Positions 46,233 to 56,525 of a stretch of 64,000 nt of DNA are shown here, in pieces (position 1 is the first letter of the stretch; each line of letters begins with the position of its first letter). The notes under the pieces were generated by a model. That model made no database searches. It was given only the letters and a program-made list of their open reading frames with translations, and was not told the DNA's origin. The stretch is from an uncultured archaeon (GTDB taxonomy: Archaea > Nanohalarchaeota > Nanosalinia > Nanosalinales > Nanosalinaceae), in NCBI GenBank assembly GCA_964421955.1, contig CAYQYU010000001.1:64001-128000 (forward strand). The letters run 5' to 3'. The translations under genes and the position numbers were made by a program.

Positions 46233-48035
46233 ATGACGAATGTATTCCTTGACGGCGAGCTTATCGACGAAATCGAATCTCCCGACGAGATCAGAGATGC
46301 AATTATAGAGAGACGGCGTGAGGGCGAACTAGAGAAAGAAATATCCGTCTATTACGCAGAGGACAAGGACGAGCTCCGAATCAATACGGACTCGGGAAGG
46401 GTCCTGAGACCTGTAGTTATCGTTGAAGACGGAGAGCCGAGGCTCACAGACGAGCAGCGCGAGCAGCTTGAAGCAGGAGAAATAAGTCTCGAGGATCTTG
46501 AAGAGGAGGGAATAATTGAATACCTCGATGCAGAAGAAGAGGAAAATGCGTATGTGGCAATGAACGACGAGGAAGTGACTGAAGATCATACACACATGGA
46601 GATCGATCCCGCGATTACACACGGCCTCTCGGCTTCGCTTGTAGTATACCCGGAACACAACAGAGGGGACCGTGTCAACTTCGGCGCAAAGATGAGCGGC
46701 CAGGGAATCGGGATGTACTCCCGGGAGTTCCACCAGAGATTCGATACTAACGCAAATATCCTGACATACGGCCAGCAGCCTATCGTGGGAACGCAGACCT
46801 ACGATACACTGGTCGGGAAGCACCCGATCGGCCAGAACATGGTCGTCGCGCTCGCATCTTTCGACGGCTACAATATCGAGGACGCAGTAATTATGAACAA
46901 GGCGTCAATCGAGCGGGGTATCGCAAGATCCACCTATATCCGTACCTACAAGACCGAGGCACAGAGGTTCTGGGGCGGACAGAAGGACGAGATCGAGACT
47001 CCTGACAAGGACGTCCGTGGATACAGAAACGAGGAAGCGTACCAGCACCTCGATGAAGACGGAATTATCAACCCCGAGACCGACGTTGACTCAGACGCCG
47101 TACTTGTAGGAAAGACCTCTCCCCCAAAGTTCCTAGGATCGGGAGGAGGCGAAGAAGTCAAGATGGGTCTCGCGGAGAGAAGAGAGACCTCTCTGACGGT
47201 AAGGCACGGGGAAAAAGGCAAGGTCGACAAGATAATGGTATCGGAGACCGGAGATGGCGACAAACTGATCAAGATGAAGCTCCGTGAATACAGGATTCCG
47301 GAACTCGGCGACAAGTTCGCGACACGGCACGGCCAGAAAGGAGTTATCGGAATGATCGCTCCCGAGGAGAACATGCCGTTCACAAAACAGGGAATAACAC
47401 CCGACATAATTCTATCGACACATGCCATCCCGAGCCGTATGACCGTGTCACAGCTGATCGAGATACTCGCCGGCAAGGTGGGTGCTATGAGGGGCGACCC
47501 TGTAGACGGTACCGCCTTCCACAGCGAGGACAAGGAAGATCTCAAGGAAGAGCTGGAAGAACTCGGCTTCGAGAGCACCGGAAAGGAGACAATGTACGAC
47601 GGAGTAACAGGACAGGAGCTTGAAGCAGAAATAATGATCGGGCCAGGATACTACCTCAAACTCGACCACCAGGTCGGAGACAAGATTCACGCTAGGGCGC
47701 GCGGACCCGTGACGCTGCTCACAAAGCAGCCTACAGAAGGCCGTTCGCAGGAAGGTGGACTGAGACTCGGAGAGATGGAAAAGGACGTCTTCGTGGGCCA
47801 CGGCGCATCACTGCTTCTAAAGGAGAGATTCGGAGCAGACTCCACCGGCATCAATGTCTGTGAGAACTGTGGAGAGATAGGTGTCGAAGATCGTGAAGAG
47901 AACCGCACCTACTGCCCTAGCTGTGAAGCGGGAGACCTGGAGGAGGCGGAAGTTCCGCACGCATTCCTGCTCCTGCTTAACGAGCTAAAATCCATGATGA
48001 TGGACGTCGAGATCGGACTTGAAGAGGAGGCGTAA
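46233..48035 (+). CDS. rpoB1: RNA polymerase subunit B' (Rpo2C)
   Basis: GDKFATRHGQKG, PSRMT, GGLRLGEMEKD; AGGTGA SD 5 nt before ATG 46233. Confidence 0.96.
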   Translation: MTNVFLDGELIDEIESPDEIRDAIIERRREGELEKEISVYYAEDKDELRINTDSGRVLRPVVIVEDGEPRLTDEQREQLEAGEISLEDLEEEGIIEYLDAEEEENAYVAMNDEEVTEDHTHMEIDPAITHGLSASLVVYPEHNRGDRVNFGAKMSGQGIGMYSREFHQRFDTNANILTYGQQPIVGTQTYDTLVGKHPIGQNMVVALASFDGYNIEDAVIMNKASIERGIARSTYIRTYKTEAQRFWGGQKDEIETPDKDVRGYRNEEAYQHLDEDGIINPETDVDSDAVLVGKTSPPKFLGSGGGEEVKMGLAERRETSLTVRHGEKGKVDKIMVSETGDGDKLIKMKLREYRIPELGDKFATRHGQKGVIGMIAPEENMPFTKQGITPDIILSTHAIPSRMTVSQLIEILAGKVGAMRGDPVDGTAFHSEDKEDLKEELEELGFESTGKETMYDGVTGQELEAEIMIGPGYYLKLDHQVGDKIHARARGPVTLLTKQPTEGRSQEGGLRLGEMEKDVFVGHGASLLLKERFGADSTGINVCENCGEIGVEDREENRTYCPSCEAGDLEEAEVPHAFLLLLNELKSMMMDVEIGLEEEA

Positions 48036-48038
48036 GAG

Positions 48039-50504
48039 ATGAGAAACATAGAGAAATTGGATTTCGGAATCATGAGCAACCAAAAGCTGCGGGAGATCGC
48101 TGTCAAGGAAATTACACAGGCAGAGGTCTACGATGCGGACGGTTTCCCTGTAGAGGACGGGGTCATGGATCCTGCACTGGGAGTTATCGACCCCGGTATG
48201 ACCTGCCAGACATGCGGCGGGAGGATAAGAGAATGCAAGGGCCACTTCGGACTAATTGAACTTTCAAGGCCAGTTGCACACGTACTCTACACCAAGAAGA
48301 TCAGGAACCTTCTCCGGTTCACGTGTACCGAGTGCCAGTCCCTGCTCGTAAAGGACGAGGACAAGTCACTCAGGAAATCAAACCTGATGACGGAATGTCC
48401 AGAATGTGAGGCAGACCAGGAAGATGTCAAGCTCGACAAGCCGTACTCATTCTACGAGGGCAGCGACGAGCTGAAGCCCGACCAGATCCGCGAGCGGCTT
48501 TCAAAGATCCCGGATGAAGTTGCGGCATCACTCGGAGTCTCAGGAGGACGACCTGAGGATCTTATAATGACACACATTCCCGTACCTCCAGTAACCATGA
48601 GGCCCTCGATCACACTGGAGACCGGTGAAAGAAGTGAGGACGATATTACACATAAGCTGGTCGACGTGATCCGGATTAACCGGAGACTGCAGAACAATAT
48701 TGAGATTGAGGCTCCCGACTTCATTATCGATGACCTCTGGGAGCTGCTACAGTACCACGTATCAACGCTATTCTACAACGACCTCTCCGGTGTGCCGCCC
48801 GCCCGGCATAGATCAGGCAGATCACTGAAATCCCTGATCGAGCGTGTCCAGGGCAAGCAGGGCCGGTTCCGCCAGAACCTCATAGGAAAGAGGGTCAACT
48901 TTTCAGCACGAACCGTCATCTCGCCCGACCCGAATATCGGCATCAACGAGGTCGGAATACCGAAGATGGTGGCGGAGAAGCTCACCGTCCAGAAAAAAGT
49001 TACAGAAAGAAATTACGAGGAATCGATAGAGGCGATCGAGAACGGTCCAGACCAGCATCCGGGAGCGAACTACGTTTTCCATCCCGATGGAAGAAGGCGG
49101 AAGATAACTGAGGAAAACAAGGAAGAGATAATCGAAGTTATTGAAGCGGATGCAGGATGGAAGGTCGAGAGACACCTTGAGGACGGCGATATCGTACTTT
49201 TCAACAGGCAGCCCTCGCTCCACAGGATGTCAATAATGGCCCACAAAGTTCGCGTACTTCCATACAGGACCTTCCGGATCAACCCGAACGTGTGTGCACC
49301 CTACAACGCAGACTTCGACGGTGACGAGATGAACGTTCACGTGCCGCAGACAGAGGAGGCTCGGGCAGAAGCCGAAGAGCTGATGCAGGTCCAGGAGCAC
49401 GTCAAGTCCCCGAAGATGGGAGGACCGATCGTGGGCATGCTTCAGGACTACGTGTCCGGGCTGTACCTTTTAACCCGGGGCGATACTGAACTCTCAAGAG
49501 AGGAAGCATTCAACCTTCTTGCGGAGGCAGGGGAGCACGACAAATCACTGCCTGAAGGAGAGGAAACAATAACAGGAGAACAGCTGGTATCTCTCTTCAT
49601 CCCTGAAGATATCTCCCTGACTATCAACGAGGGAGAGGAAAGCGAGGTAGTGATCGAGGACGGGAAACTCGAGAAGGGTGTGCTCGACGAGGACGCACTA
49701 GGAGACTACGGGGGAGAGATCATCCAGCAGCTAAATATTGAATACGGGCCTGAAAAGGTTACAGAGTTCCTCAACCGGGTCTCAAGAATCGGTTCCGTCT
49801 ACCTTACCCGGAGAGGATTCTCGATCAGTCTGGACGACCTAGAAATTCCAGACGACGCAACAGAAGAAATCCGGGATCTAGTAGAGGAGACAGTCGAGAA
49901 CGCGGAAGAAGTTATCGAAGAATACAAGTCAGGAGAAATGGAACCCATCACAGGAAAGACCCTGGAAGAAACCCGGGAAATCGAGATCACAAAGACACTG
50001 AACCAGGTCTTCACCGAGATCGGTGACATCATCGAAGACAACGTAGAAGAAGATTCCAGCGCCCTGGTCATGGCAGACTCAGGTGCAAGAGGATCAATGG
50101 AAAACGTTACAACAATGGCCGGACTTCTAGGCCAGAACTCCGTGAGAGACCAGAGGATCAACAGGGGATACAAGGGCCGCACCACCTCACATTTCCAGAA
50201 GGGCGAGATGAGTCCAAAGGCCCACGGATTCGTGTCCTCCAGCATTCTCGGAGGACTCGACGCGCAGGAAATATTCTTCCACCAGATGAGCCAGAGAAAG
50301 GCGCTGATGGACAAGTCGCTGAGAACCAAGACTTCCGGATACATGTACCGCCGGGTGTCGAACTCGCTGCAGGACCTGACTGTAGGATACGACCAGACCG
50401 TGAGGAACGCGCAGGGAGACATTATCCAGTTCCGTGCGGGGGAGGACGGGGTTGACCCACAAAAATCCGACAGAGGAATAGTATCGACCGAGATCGATCT
50501 CTGA
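48039..50504 (+). CDS. rpoA1: RNA polymerase subunit A' (Rpo1N)
   Basis: NADFDGDEMN catalytic motif, NRQPSLH, CKGHFG. Confidence 0.97.
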   Translation: MRNIEKLDFGIMSNQKLREIAVKEITQAEVYDADGFPVEDGVMDPALGVIDPGMTCQTCGGRIRECKGHFGLIELSRPVAHVLYTKKIRNLLRFTCTECQSLLVKDEDKSLRKSNLMTECPECEADQEDVKLDKPYSFYEGSDELKPDQIRERLSKIPDEVAASLGVSGGRPEDLIMTHIPVPPVTMRPSITLETGERSEDDITHKLVDVIRINRRLQNNIEIEAPDFIIDDLWELLQYHVSTLFYNDLSGVPPARHRSGRSLKSLIERVQGKQGRFRQNLIGKRVNFSARTVISPDPNIGINEVGIPKMVAEKLTVQKKVTERNYEESIEAIENGPDQHPGANYVFHPDGRRRKITEENKEEIIEVIEADAGWKVERHLEDGDIVLFNRQPSLHRMSIMAHKVRVLPYRTFRINPNVCAPYNADFDGDEMNVHVPQTEEARAEAEELMQVQEHVKSPKMGGPIVGMLQDYVSGLYLLTRGDTELSREEAFNLLAEAGEHDKSLPEGEETITGEQLVSLFIPEDISLTINEGEESEVVIEDGKLEKGVLDEDALGDYGGEIIQQLNIEYGPEKVTEFLNRVSRIGSVYLTRRGFSISLDDLEIPDDATEEIRDLVEETVENAEEVIEEYKSGEMEPITGKTLEETREIEITKTLNQVFTEIGDIIEDNVEEDSSALVMADSGARGSMENVTTMAGLLGQNSVRDQRINRGYKGRTTSHFQKGEMSPKAHGFVSSSILGGLDAQEIFFHQMSQRKALMDKSLRTKTSGYMYRRVSNSLQDLTVGYDQTVRNAQGDIIQFRAGEDGVDPQKSDRGIVSTEIDL

Positions 50505-50514
50505 GGTAATTTAA

Positions 50515-51624
50515 ATGAGCAAGATTGACTGGAAAGAACGCGCGAACGAACTCCCACCACGCTACAGGGATCTGGGAGTCAACAAGGATACACAGGAAAA
50601 AATTGAGGAGCGGTACGAGAAGATGCAGTACGAGCCCGGTGAGGCAATTGGACTGGTTGCGGCACAGTCAATTTCTGAACCAGCCACACAGCTGACGATG
50701 GAAACATACCACGCCGCAGGAGCCGCACAGGTTTCGCTGACCGCGGGGCTTCCAAGACTAATCGAAATTGTAGACGCCCGGCGCAACCCGGACACTCCAT
50801 CCATGGACGTCTACCTCCACGATGACTACGACAACGAGGAGGACGCGAAAAAAGTTGCGAGGAAGCTGAGAGAAGTGACGCTCGGCGACCTTATCAGCAA
50901 GGACACTATGGATATAATGCAGCTCTATGTCGAATACGAGCTGAACGAGGAGCTTCTCGAGGACTACGATGTCGACATGGAGGACATCAAGTCCCGGATC
51001 AAGGAAAACACCAAGAAGGCCAAGGTAGAGATAGAGGGCGACAATAAGCTGAAGCTGGAGTCCTCTGAAGAAGATTACGATCTCAGGGACCTACAGGATA
51101 TCAAGACCGATGCCGAAGAGGCCCGGATTAAGGGTCTGAAGGGGATCGACCAGGTAGTCATACAGGAGGAAGAAGATGGTTGGCGGCTCCAGACCGCAGG
51201 AACATCTCTGAGGAAGACACTGAAGCTGAAGGAGGTAGACGAGACACGCACAATTTCCAACGACCTATACGAGGTCGCGAAGGTTCTCGGGGTCGAGGGC
51301 CTGAGACAGCGGATCGTCGAGGAAGTTAACGAAACGCTAGCTGCGCAGGGAATCGGGATAGACGATCGTCACATAATGCTTCTCGCGGACATGATGACAA
51401 AAGAGGGAGAGCTCAACGGAACGACACGCTACGGGATAGTCGGTAACAAGAAGTCGATCCTGGCAAGAGCTGCCTTTGAAGAGACGAAAAAGCACCTGAG
51501 AGAGGGAACTCTCCAGGGCGAGACAGACGACCTCGACGGAATTATAGAGAACATCATTGTCGGCCAGTCCGTGCCTGTAGGAACCGGAATTATCGATCTG
51601 AAGGCCGGGTTCGGCGGAGATTGA
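50515..51624 (+). CDS. rpoA2: RNA polymerase subunit A'' (Rpo1C)
   Basis: [38 protein letters not shown]. Confidence 0.96.
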   Translation: MSKIDWKERANELPPRYRDLGVNKDTQEKIEERYEKMQYEPGEAIGLVAAQSISEPATQLTMETYHAAGAAQVSLTAGLPRLIEIVDARRNPDTPSMDVYLHDDYDNEEDAKKVARKLREVTLGDLISKDTMDIMQLYVEYELNEELLEDYDVDMEDIKSRIKENTKKAKVEIEGDNKLKLESSEEDYDLRDLQDIKTDAEEARIKGLKGIDQVVIQEEEDGWRLQTAGTSLRKTLKLKEVDETRTISNDLYEVAKVLGVEGLRQRIVEEVNETLAAQGIGIDDRHIMLLADMMTKEGELNGTTRYGIVGNKKSILARAAFEETKKHLREGTLQGETDDLDGIIENIIVGQSVPVGTGIIDLKAGFGGD

Positions 51625-51696
51625 AGATGAGACCACAAATCCTTTATAAAAGCTGGGCTCTCAGGCTTTAACACAGGTTCAGAGGGTAAGTATACT

Positions 51697-52122
51697 ATGT
51701 CGAATGTAACCTACGACACCGAAATGCTCCGGGCAATCAACATTTTCGAGAACGTCACCGGGGTCGAGGCCAGGGAATGCGTTATCAAGGAAGACGAGGC
51801 CTACTTCGTCGTTCCTGAAGGAAAGGCAGGGATGGCAATCGGCAAGGGCGGCAAAGTCGTCCAGAAGGTGCAGAAGAAGCTGAACAAGGACATCAAGGTC
51901 TATGAGTACAGTGACAACATCGGCAAGTTCCTCAACAACATCGTTCCAGCGGATATAAGAGGCGTCGACATCGAAGAGAACGGTAGCGGCGAGAAAGAGG
52001 TCGAGATTTCCGTTTCACGTGAAAACAAGGGCCGCGTTGTGGGAAAGAACGGTAACAAGATCGACTCCATCCGTGAGATTCTGGAGCGGACACACAACGT
52101 CCAGGAAGTCACAGTTGAGTAA
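51697..52122 (+). CDS. nusA: Archaeal NusA (KH domains)
   Basis: GMAIGKGG, GRVVGKNG; position after rpoA2. Confidence 0.92.
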   Translation: MSNVTYDTEMLRAINIFENVTGVEARECVIKEDEAYFVVPEGKAGMAIGKGGKVVQKVQKKLNKDIKVYEYSDNIGKFLNNIVPADIRGVDIEENGSGEKEVEISVSRENKGRVVGKNGNKIDSIREILERTHNVQEVTVE

Positions 52123-52153
52123 GACTTTTCACATTCTCCAGCTAAAAGGTTTT

Positions 52154-52462
52154 ATGGAAGAAGAGATACGTTTCTGCCCCAACTGCGGGTCCACCAATGT
52201 CGAGCCCGACACTTCCAATGCGGCGTATGTGGGTGAAGCCGGGGGCAACCCCAACACCTGGCGCTGCAACGACTGCGAATACACTGGTATAATGCCGCAG
52301 AATTCTCAATCCGGGGAGGACTTTGACGAAGAAATAGATTTCGAACCCCCAGAGAAATACCCCCGGGAAGATATTGGGTTCGGAAAGGCCTACCTCAAGT
52401 ACCTGCTTTACATTGCGCTACCTTTACTGCTGATATACCTCCTCTACATTACACTTATTTGA
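52154..52462 (+). CDS. Zinc-ribbon protein with C-terminal TM anchor
   Basis: CPNC...CNDC; hydrophobic C-terminus; likely start ATG 52154. Confidence 0.7.
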   Translation: MEEEIRFCPNCGSTNVEPDTSNAAYVGEAGGNPNTWRCNDCEYTGIMPQNSQSGEDFDEEIDFEPPEKYPREDIGFGKAYLKYLLYIALPLLLIYLLYITLI

Positions 52463-52483
52463 GGCTGGAAACAACTGGATTCT

Positions 52484-52725
52484 ATGAACGGCCTAAAACG
52501 GGAGATAGAAGATATCGAGCGCTTCGAAGAAATTCTCCACATCCTCTTCGACCAGGGCTTCAGGGCACTACTTGACAGGCTTGATCTACTGCATCATATC
52601 CCTGTGGCGGAACGGCTCAGGAAGCCCGGGAAAAAGACGACCAGACCTGGTATCCCGGGAAGCAGCTGTTCGCTCTTGGAATCGCCGAGCTGGTTTTAGC
52701 TGCGATCATGGTCAGGCACAGCTAG
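52484..52725 (+). pseudogene. Probable internally deleted AarF/UbiB(ABC1)-family remnant
   Basis: N-terminal [16 protein letters not shown] resembles the UbiB start; hydrophobic tail [25 protein letters not shown] follows in a different frame. Confidence 0.5.
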
Positions 52726-52769
52726 CCAAGGTCCACGTATATAAAAAGTTTAACCTGAATCTTCCGGGT

Positions 52770-53192
52770 ATGGGTCTATACAACGCACGCAAGCTGAGAA
52801 AAAAGAGGCAGGAGTTCCGCTGGAGCGATATCGACTACAAGCGGAGAATGGAGAACCTGAAGGAGAAAGCAGACCCTCTAGAAGGTTCACCGCAGGGCCG
52901 TGGAATCGTTCTAGAAAAGCGGGTTATCGAGGCGAAGCAGCCCAACTCCGCGCTGAGAAAATGTGTGCGTGTACAGTTGATCAAGAATGGCAAACAGCTG
53001 ACCGCATTCGTCCCAGGAGACGGCGCGATCGACTACATCGACGAGCACGACGAAGTTCTAATTGAAGGTATCGGTGGTGCAAAAGGAGGACCGAAAGGAG
53101 ATATTCCAACGGTCCGGTACCAGGTAGTAAAAGTCAACGGCGTCTCACTCGAAGAACTTGTAGAGGGTCGCGCGGAGAAACCAACGAGGTAA
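52770..53192 (+). CDS. rps12: 30S ribosomal protein uS12
   Basis: [26 protein letters not shown]; true start ATG 52770. Confidence 0.97.
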   Translation: MGLYNARKLRKKRQEFRWSDIDYKRRMENLKEKADPLEGSPQGRGIVLEKRVIEAKQPNSALRKCVRVQLIKNGKQLTAFVPGDGAIDYIDEHDEVLIEGIGGAKGGPKGDIPTVRYQVVKVNGVSLEELVEGRAEKPTR

Positions 53193-53198
53193 GACAGG

Positions 53199-53825
53199 AT
53201 GAGCGACGCAGCAAAGATAGAGGTACAGGACGAACTTCTGACGATGGGACGATGGGACGCCTCCGAGGTCAACATCGAGGACGAGGGACTTCTCCGTTAC
53301 ATCAACCTGGAAAATATTCTTGCGCCCAGATCCAAAGGCCGGCACGTCGAAAAACAGTTCTACAAGGCAGATGTGCCGGTAGTCGAGCGCCTCCTGAACA
53401 GAATGTACGTCGCCGGTCACAGGGGAAACAAGCACATGATCACCTCCGGAAGAAACACAGGATCGTCCAGGAAACTCTGGAGAACAATCGAAGAGGCTTT
53501 CGAAACAATAGAGGAAGAAACCTCGGAGAACCCCATCCAGGTACTTGTCGATGCGATTGAGAACTCCGCACCAAAAGAAGAGGTAGTCACATACCAGAGA
53601 GGAGGAGTACGCGCCAGGAAAGCAGTACTGGTCTCTCCACAGAGGAGGGTAGATCTTGCTCTGAGACTTCTGGTGCAGGGAGCATATGAAGACCGGCTCT
53701 CCGCCTCGAACGATGCGGTAGAAACTCTTGCAAGCGAGATCATCGAGGCCGCGAACGGCAGCTCGGAAGTAAGAGCCGTCCGCGAAAAAGAAAGAAGAGA
53801 GCGGGAAGCAGAAGGCGCACGGTAG
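53199..53825 (+). CDS. rps7: 30S ribosomal protein uS7
   Basis: VVERLLNRM, NPIQVLVDAIENSAP.EE, SPQRRVDLALR. Confidence 0.97.
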   Translation: MSDAAKIEVQDELLTMGRWDASEVNIEDEGLLRYINLENILAPRSKGRHVEKQFYKADVPVVERLLNRMYVAGHRGNKHMITSGRNTGSSRKLWRTIEEAFETIEEETSENPIQVLVDAIENSAPKEEVVTYQRGGVRARKAVLVSPQRRVDLALRLLVQGAYEDRLSASNDAVETLASEIIEAANGSSEVRAVREKERREREAEGAR

Positions 53826-53918
53826 TAACTATACTGCCCAGTTCCGGAACACCCGTTTCCACTATCCATTTTTAAAACTTAGAACTGCTTTCAAGCATAT
53901 AATCGAGGTAACTAAATA

Positions 53919-56105
53919 ATGTCCGACAAAGAGCTTGACGCAATAAAGGGAGTAATTGAAGATCCTGAACACATCAGAAATATTGCCATCGCCGCACACA
54001 TCGACCACGGGAAAACAACGCTTACAGATAATTTACTTGCGAGAGCGGGCATGATATCGGAGAAGCTGGCGGGAGATCAGCGTTTCATGGATTTCGACGA
54101 GCAGGAAGCCGAGCGAGGGATAACGATTTACAGCGCAAACATTTCGATGGTCCACGAGTTCGACGGCGATGACTACCTGATCAACCTTATCGACACGCCA
54201 GGCCACGTTGACTTCGGAGGAGACGTCACACGGGCAATGCGTGCAGTTGACGGTGTAGTGGTTCTCGTGGACGCAGTTGACGGCGTCATGCCACAGACAG
54301 AGACCGTCATGAAACAGGCTCTCCAGGAAGGCGTCAAGCCAGTACTATTCATCAACAAGGTTGACCGCCTTATAGAAGAAATGCAGCTGACCCCCGAGGA
54401 GATGCAGGAGCGTTTCACCAAGATCATCAGGGAAGTCAACACCGCGCTGAGAAAGTACGCTGACGAGGAGACCGCTGAAGAATGGAAGATGACAGTAAAC
54501 AACGGAACTGTCGCGTTCGGTTCTGCGCTGAAGAACTGGGCGATCAGCGTACCTTACATGCAGGAAACAGGAATCAGCTTTGGAGACATAATTGACTACG
54601 TAAATGACGGCGATCACGAAGGTCTGAGAGATGAGGCGCCGATCGAAGAGGTAGTCCTCGACATGGTCGTACAACACCTGGTCAACCCTCAAGAAGCCGC
54701 ACAGGACAGGATCAAGCACGTCTGGCCGGGCGACCCTGACTCGGATGTCGGGACTGCGATGCAGAAACAGGATCAGGACGGACCTCTCGTGGGTGTTGTC
54801 ACGAACGTCGAGGATGACGAACATGCGGGAACCATTGTAACAGCACGGCTATTCTCGGGAACGGTAAATGAGGGAGATGAACTCTACGGAATCGGCTCCC
54901 AGAAAACCGAGCGGGCGCAGCAGGTCGGAATTTACTCTGGACCAAGAAAACTCACAGTTGATTCAGTTCCGGCGGGCAACATCGCCGCGATCACAGGCCC
55001 TGACTTTTCCACGGGCGAAACATTCATCCTGGAAGGCCAGGAGGAGATCCAGCCGTTCGAGCAGATCGAGCACGTCTTCGAACCTGTTGTCACAAAGTCA
55101 ATCGAGCCGAAGAGAACCTCGGATCTTCCAAAACTTATCGAGACGCTGAGGAAGAGGGCTAAGGAAGACAATACTATCAAGGTAGATATTGACGAAGAGA
55201 CTGGAGAAACGCTTGTATCCGGACTTGGAGAGCTCCACATCGAGGCCAAGATTGAGAGACACCTCGAGGAGAAAGGAATCGACATCAACGTTTCAGAGCC
55301 TATCGTCGTTTTCCGTGAAGGAGTCTCGAAATCCTCGCCACACATGACAGGAAAGTCGCCGAACAGGCACAACAACCTCGAAATTTCGGTAGAGCCCATC
55401 TCTGATGAACTCAGGACATTCCTGAAGGAGGACTACGAGGACGTCCAGAGACAGGCAGACGACGACACCGAGGTAAGGGACGCACTCGTCGAGGCAGGAA
55501 TGGACAAGGATGACGCGGACAACATCATGGACGTGTACGAAGAAAACCTGTTCATCAACGATTCGAGAGGAATCAAGAATCTAAGGGAAATCAAGGAGTA
55601 CCTCGTTGACGCTTTCCACGAGTTCTGCGATGAGGGGCCTCTCGCCAACGAGCCTGTAATCGGCTTCATGGTGAGGCTTCACGATGCGAAGCTCCACGAG
55701 GACGCGATCCACAGAGGTCCTGCGCAGATGATCCCTGCCACAAAAGATGCGATGAAAAACGGCTTCCTGGAGGCAGATCCACAGCTCATCGAGCCGAAAC
55801 AGATCATCCGGATCGACACCCCGACAAGCCAGATGGGAGACGCCATGACAGAGGTCTCTAACAGGAGGGGCGATGTCGAGAACATGGAGGAGGAAGGCGA
55901 CGCTGCAATCCTGACATGCAAGCTACCTGTAGAGGAACTGTTCGGATTCGAGGCCGCACTCAAATCGGCTACGGGTGGAAAAGGATTCTTCAACCCGAAG
56001 GAGCTGATCTTTGAGCCGCTTCCGATGAATCTCCAGGAAGAGAAGATCATGGAGATCCGGGAGCGGAAGGGCATGAAGAAAGAGATGCCGAAGGTCGAGG
56101 AGTAG
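53919..56105 (+). CDS. fusA: Elongation factor aEF-2
   Basis: AHIDHGKTT, DTPGHVDF, NKVD, HEDAIHRGPAQ diphthamide loop. Confidence 0.98.
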   Translation: MSDKELDAIKGVIEDPEHIRNIAIAAHIDHGKTTLTDNLLARAGMISEKLAGDQRFMDFDEQEAERGITIYSANISMVHEFDGDDYLINLIDTPGHVDFGGDVTRAMRAVDGVVVLVDAVDGVMPQTETVMKQALQEGVKPVLFINKVDRLIEEMQLTPEEMQERFTKIIREVNTALRKYADEETAEEWKMTVNNGTVAFGSALKNWAISVPYMQETGISFGDIIDYVNDGDHEGLRDEAPIEEVVLDMVVQHLVNPQEAAQDRIKHVWPGDPDSDVGTAMQKQDQDGPLVGVVTNVEDDEHAGTIVTARLFSGTVNEGDELYGIGSQKTERAQQVGIYSGPRKLTVDSVPAGNIAAITGPDFSTGETFILEGQEEIQPFEQIEHVFEPVVTKSIEPKRTSDLPKLIETLRKRAKEDNTIKVDIDEETGETLVSGLGELHIEAKIERHLEEKGIDINVSEPIVVFREGVSKSSPHMTGKSPNRHNNLEISVEPISDELRTFLKEDYEDVQRQADDDTEVRDALVEAGMDKDDADNIMDVYEENLFINDSRGIKNLREIKEYLVDAFHEFCDEGPLANEPVIGFMVRLHDAKLHEDAIHRGPAQMIPATKDAMKNGFLEADPQLIEPKQIIRIDTPTSQMGDAMTEVSNRRGDVENMEEEGDAAILTCKLPVEELFGFEAALKSATGGKGFFNPKELIFEPLPMNLQEEKIMEIRERKGMKKEMPKVEE

Positions 56106-56107
56106 AA

Positions 56108-56443
56108 TCAGTAATCCTCTGGCTCGAACCCCAGCAGTAGATACTCCTCAACAGTCTCCATTAACTCTTCAAATCTGTATACTGCTTCCAGCTCCTCCTC
56201 TGACTCATCGTAGAGAGGATTTTCCAGGATCGCTGTAGCAGTACGATAATGCGCATTTGCTCTCTCAAGAACTGTCCAGAACCCGGGACCAGCAAGAGGT
56301 TGTCCCACACGGTAGAACTCATTTGCCGCCTGGATCCGTTCGTTATCATCTCTAAGATTTTCAATAGTGGACTCCATTACCGGATCAAAACCTTCCTCTA
56401 TGTCGTCAACGCCCACAGACAGCCGTTTCTCTGCAATAAACAA
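56108..56443 (-). CDS. Hypothetical acidic protein, antisense between fusA and tuf
   Basis: Acidic ORF fills the gap; start codon uncertain (TTG). Confidence 0.55.
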   Translation of the reverse strand: MFIAEKRLSVGVDDIEEGFDPVMESTIENLRDDNERIQAANEFYRVGQPLAGPGFWTVLERANAHYRTATAILENPLYDESEEELEAVYRFEELMETVEEYLLLGFEPEDY

Positions 56444-56525
56444 AAAACCTTCCCGAGGAAATCATGACACCCTTTTTAAAGTTTAACCGGTTAATTCGAG
56501 AATATACGCATCAGGTGACAAAATA

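Noticed and set aside
46139-46235. C/D sRNA in the rpoB spacer (ATGATGA at 46207)
   Set aside because: No downstream CTGA at a proper distance; better explained by hairpins
52572-52769. N-terminal extension of uS12 (and of ORFs at 14095, 33482, 35973, 39065, 52019)
   Set aside because: Upstream alternative codons give non-homologous sequence; downstream ATGs fit family N-termini and, in most cases, TATA spacing
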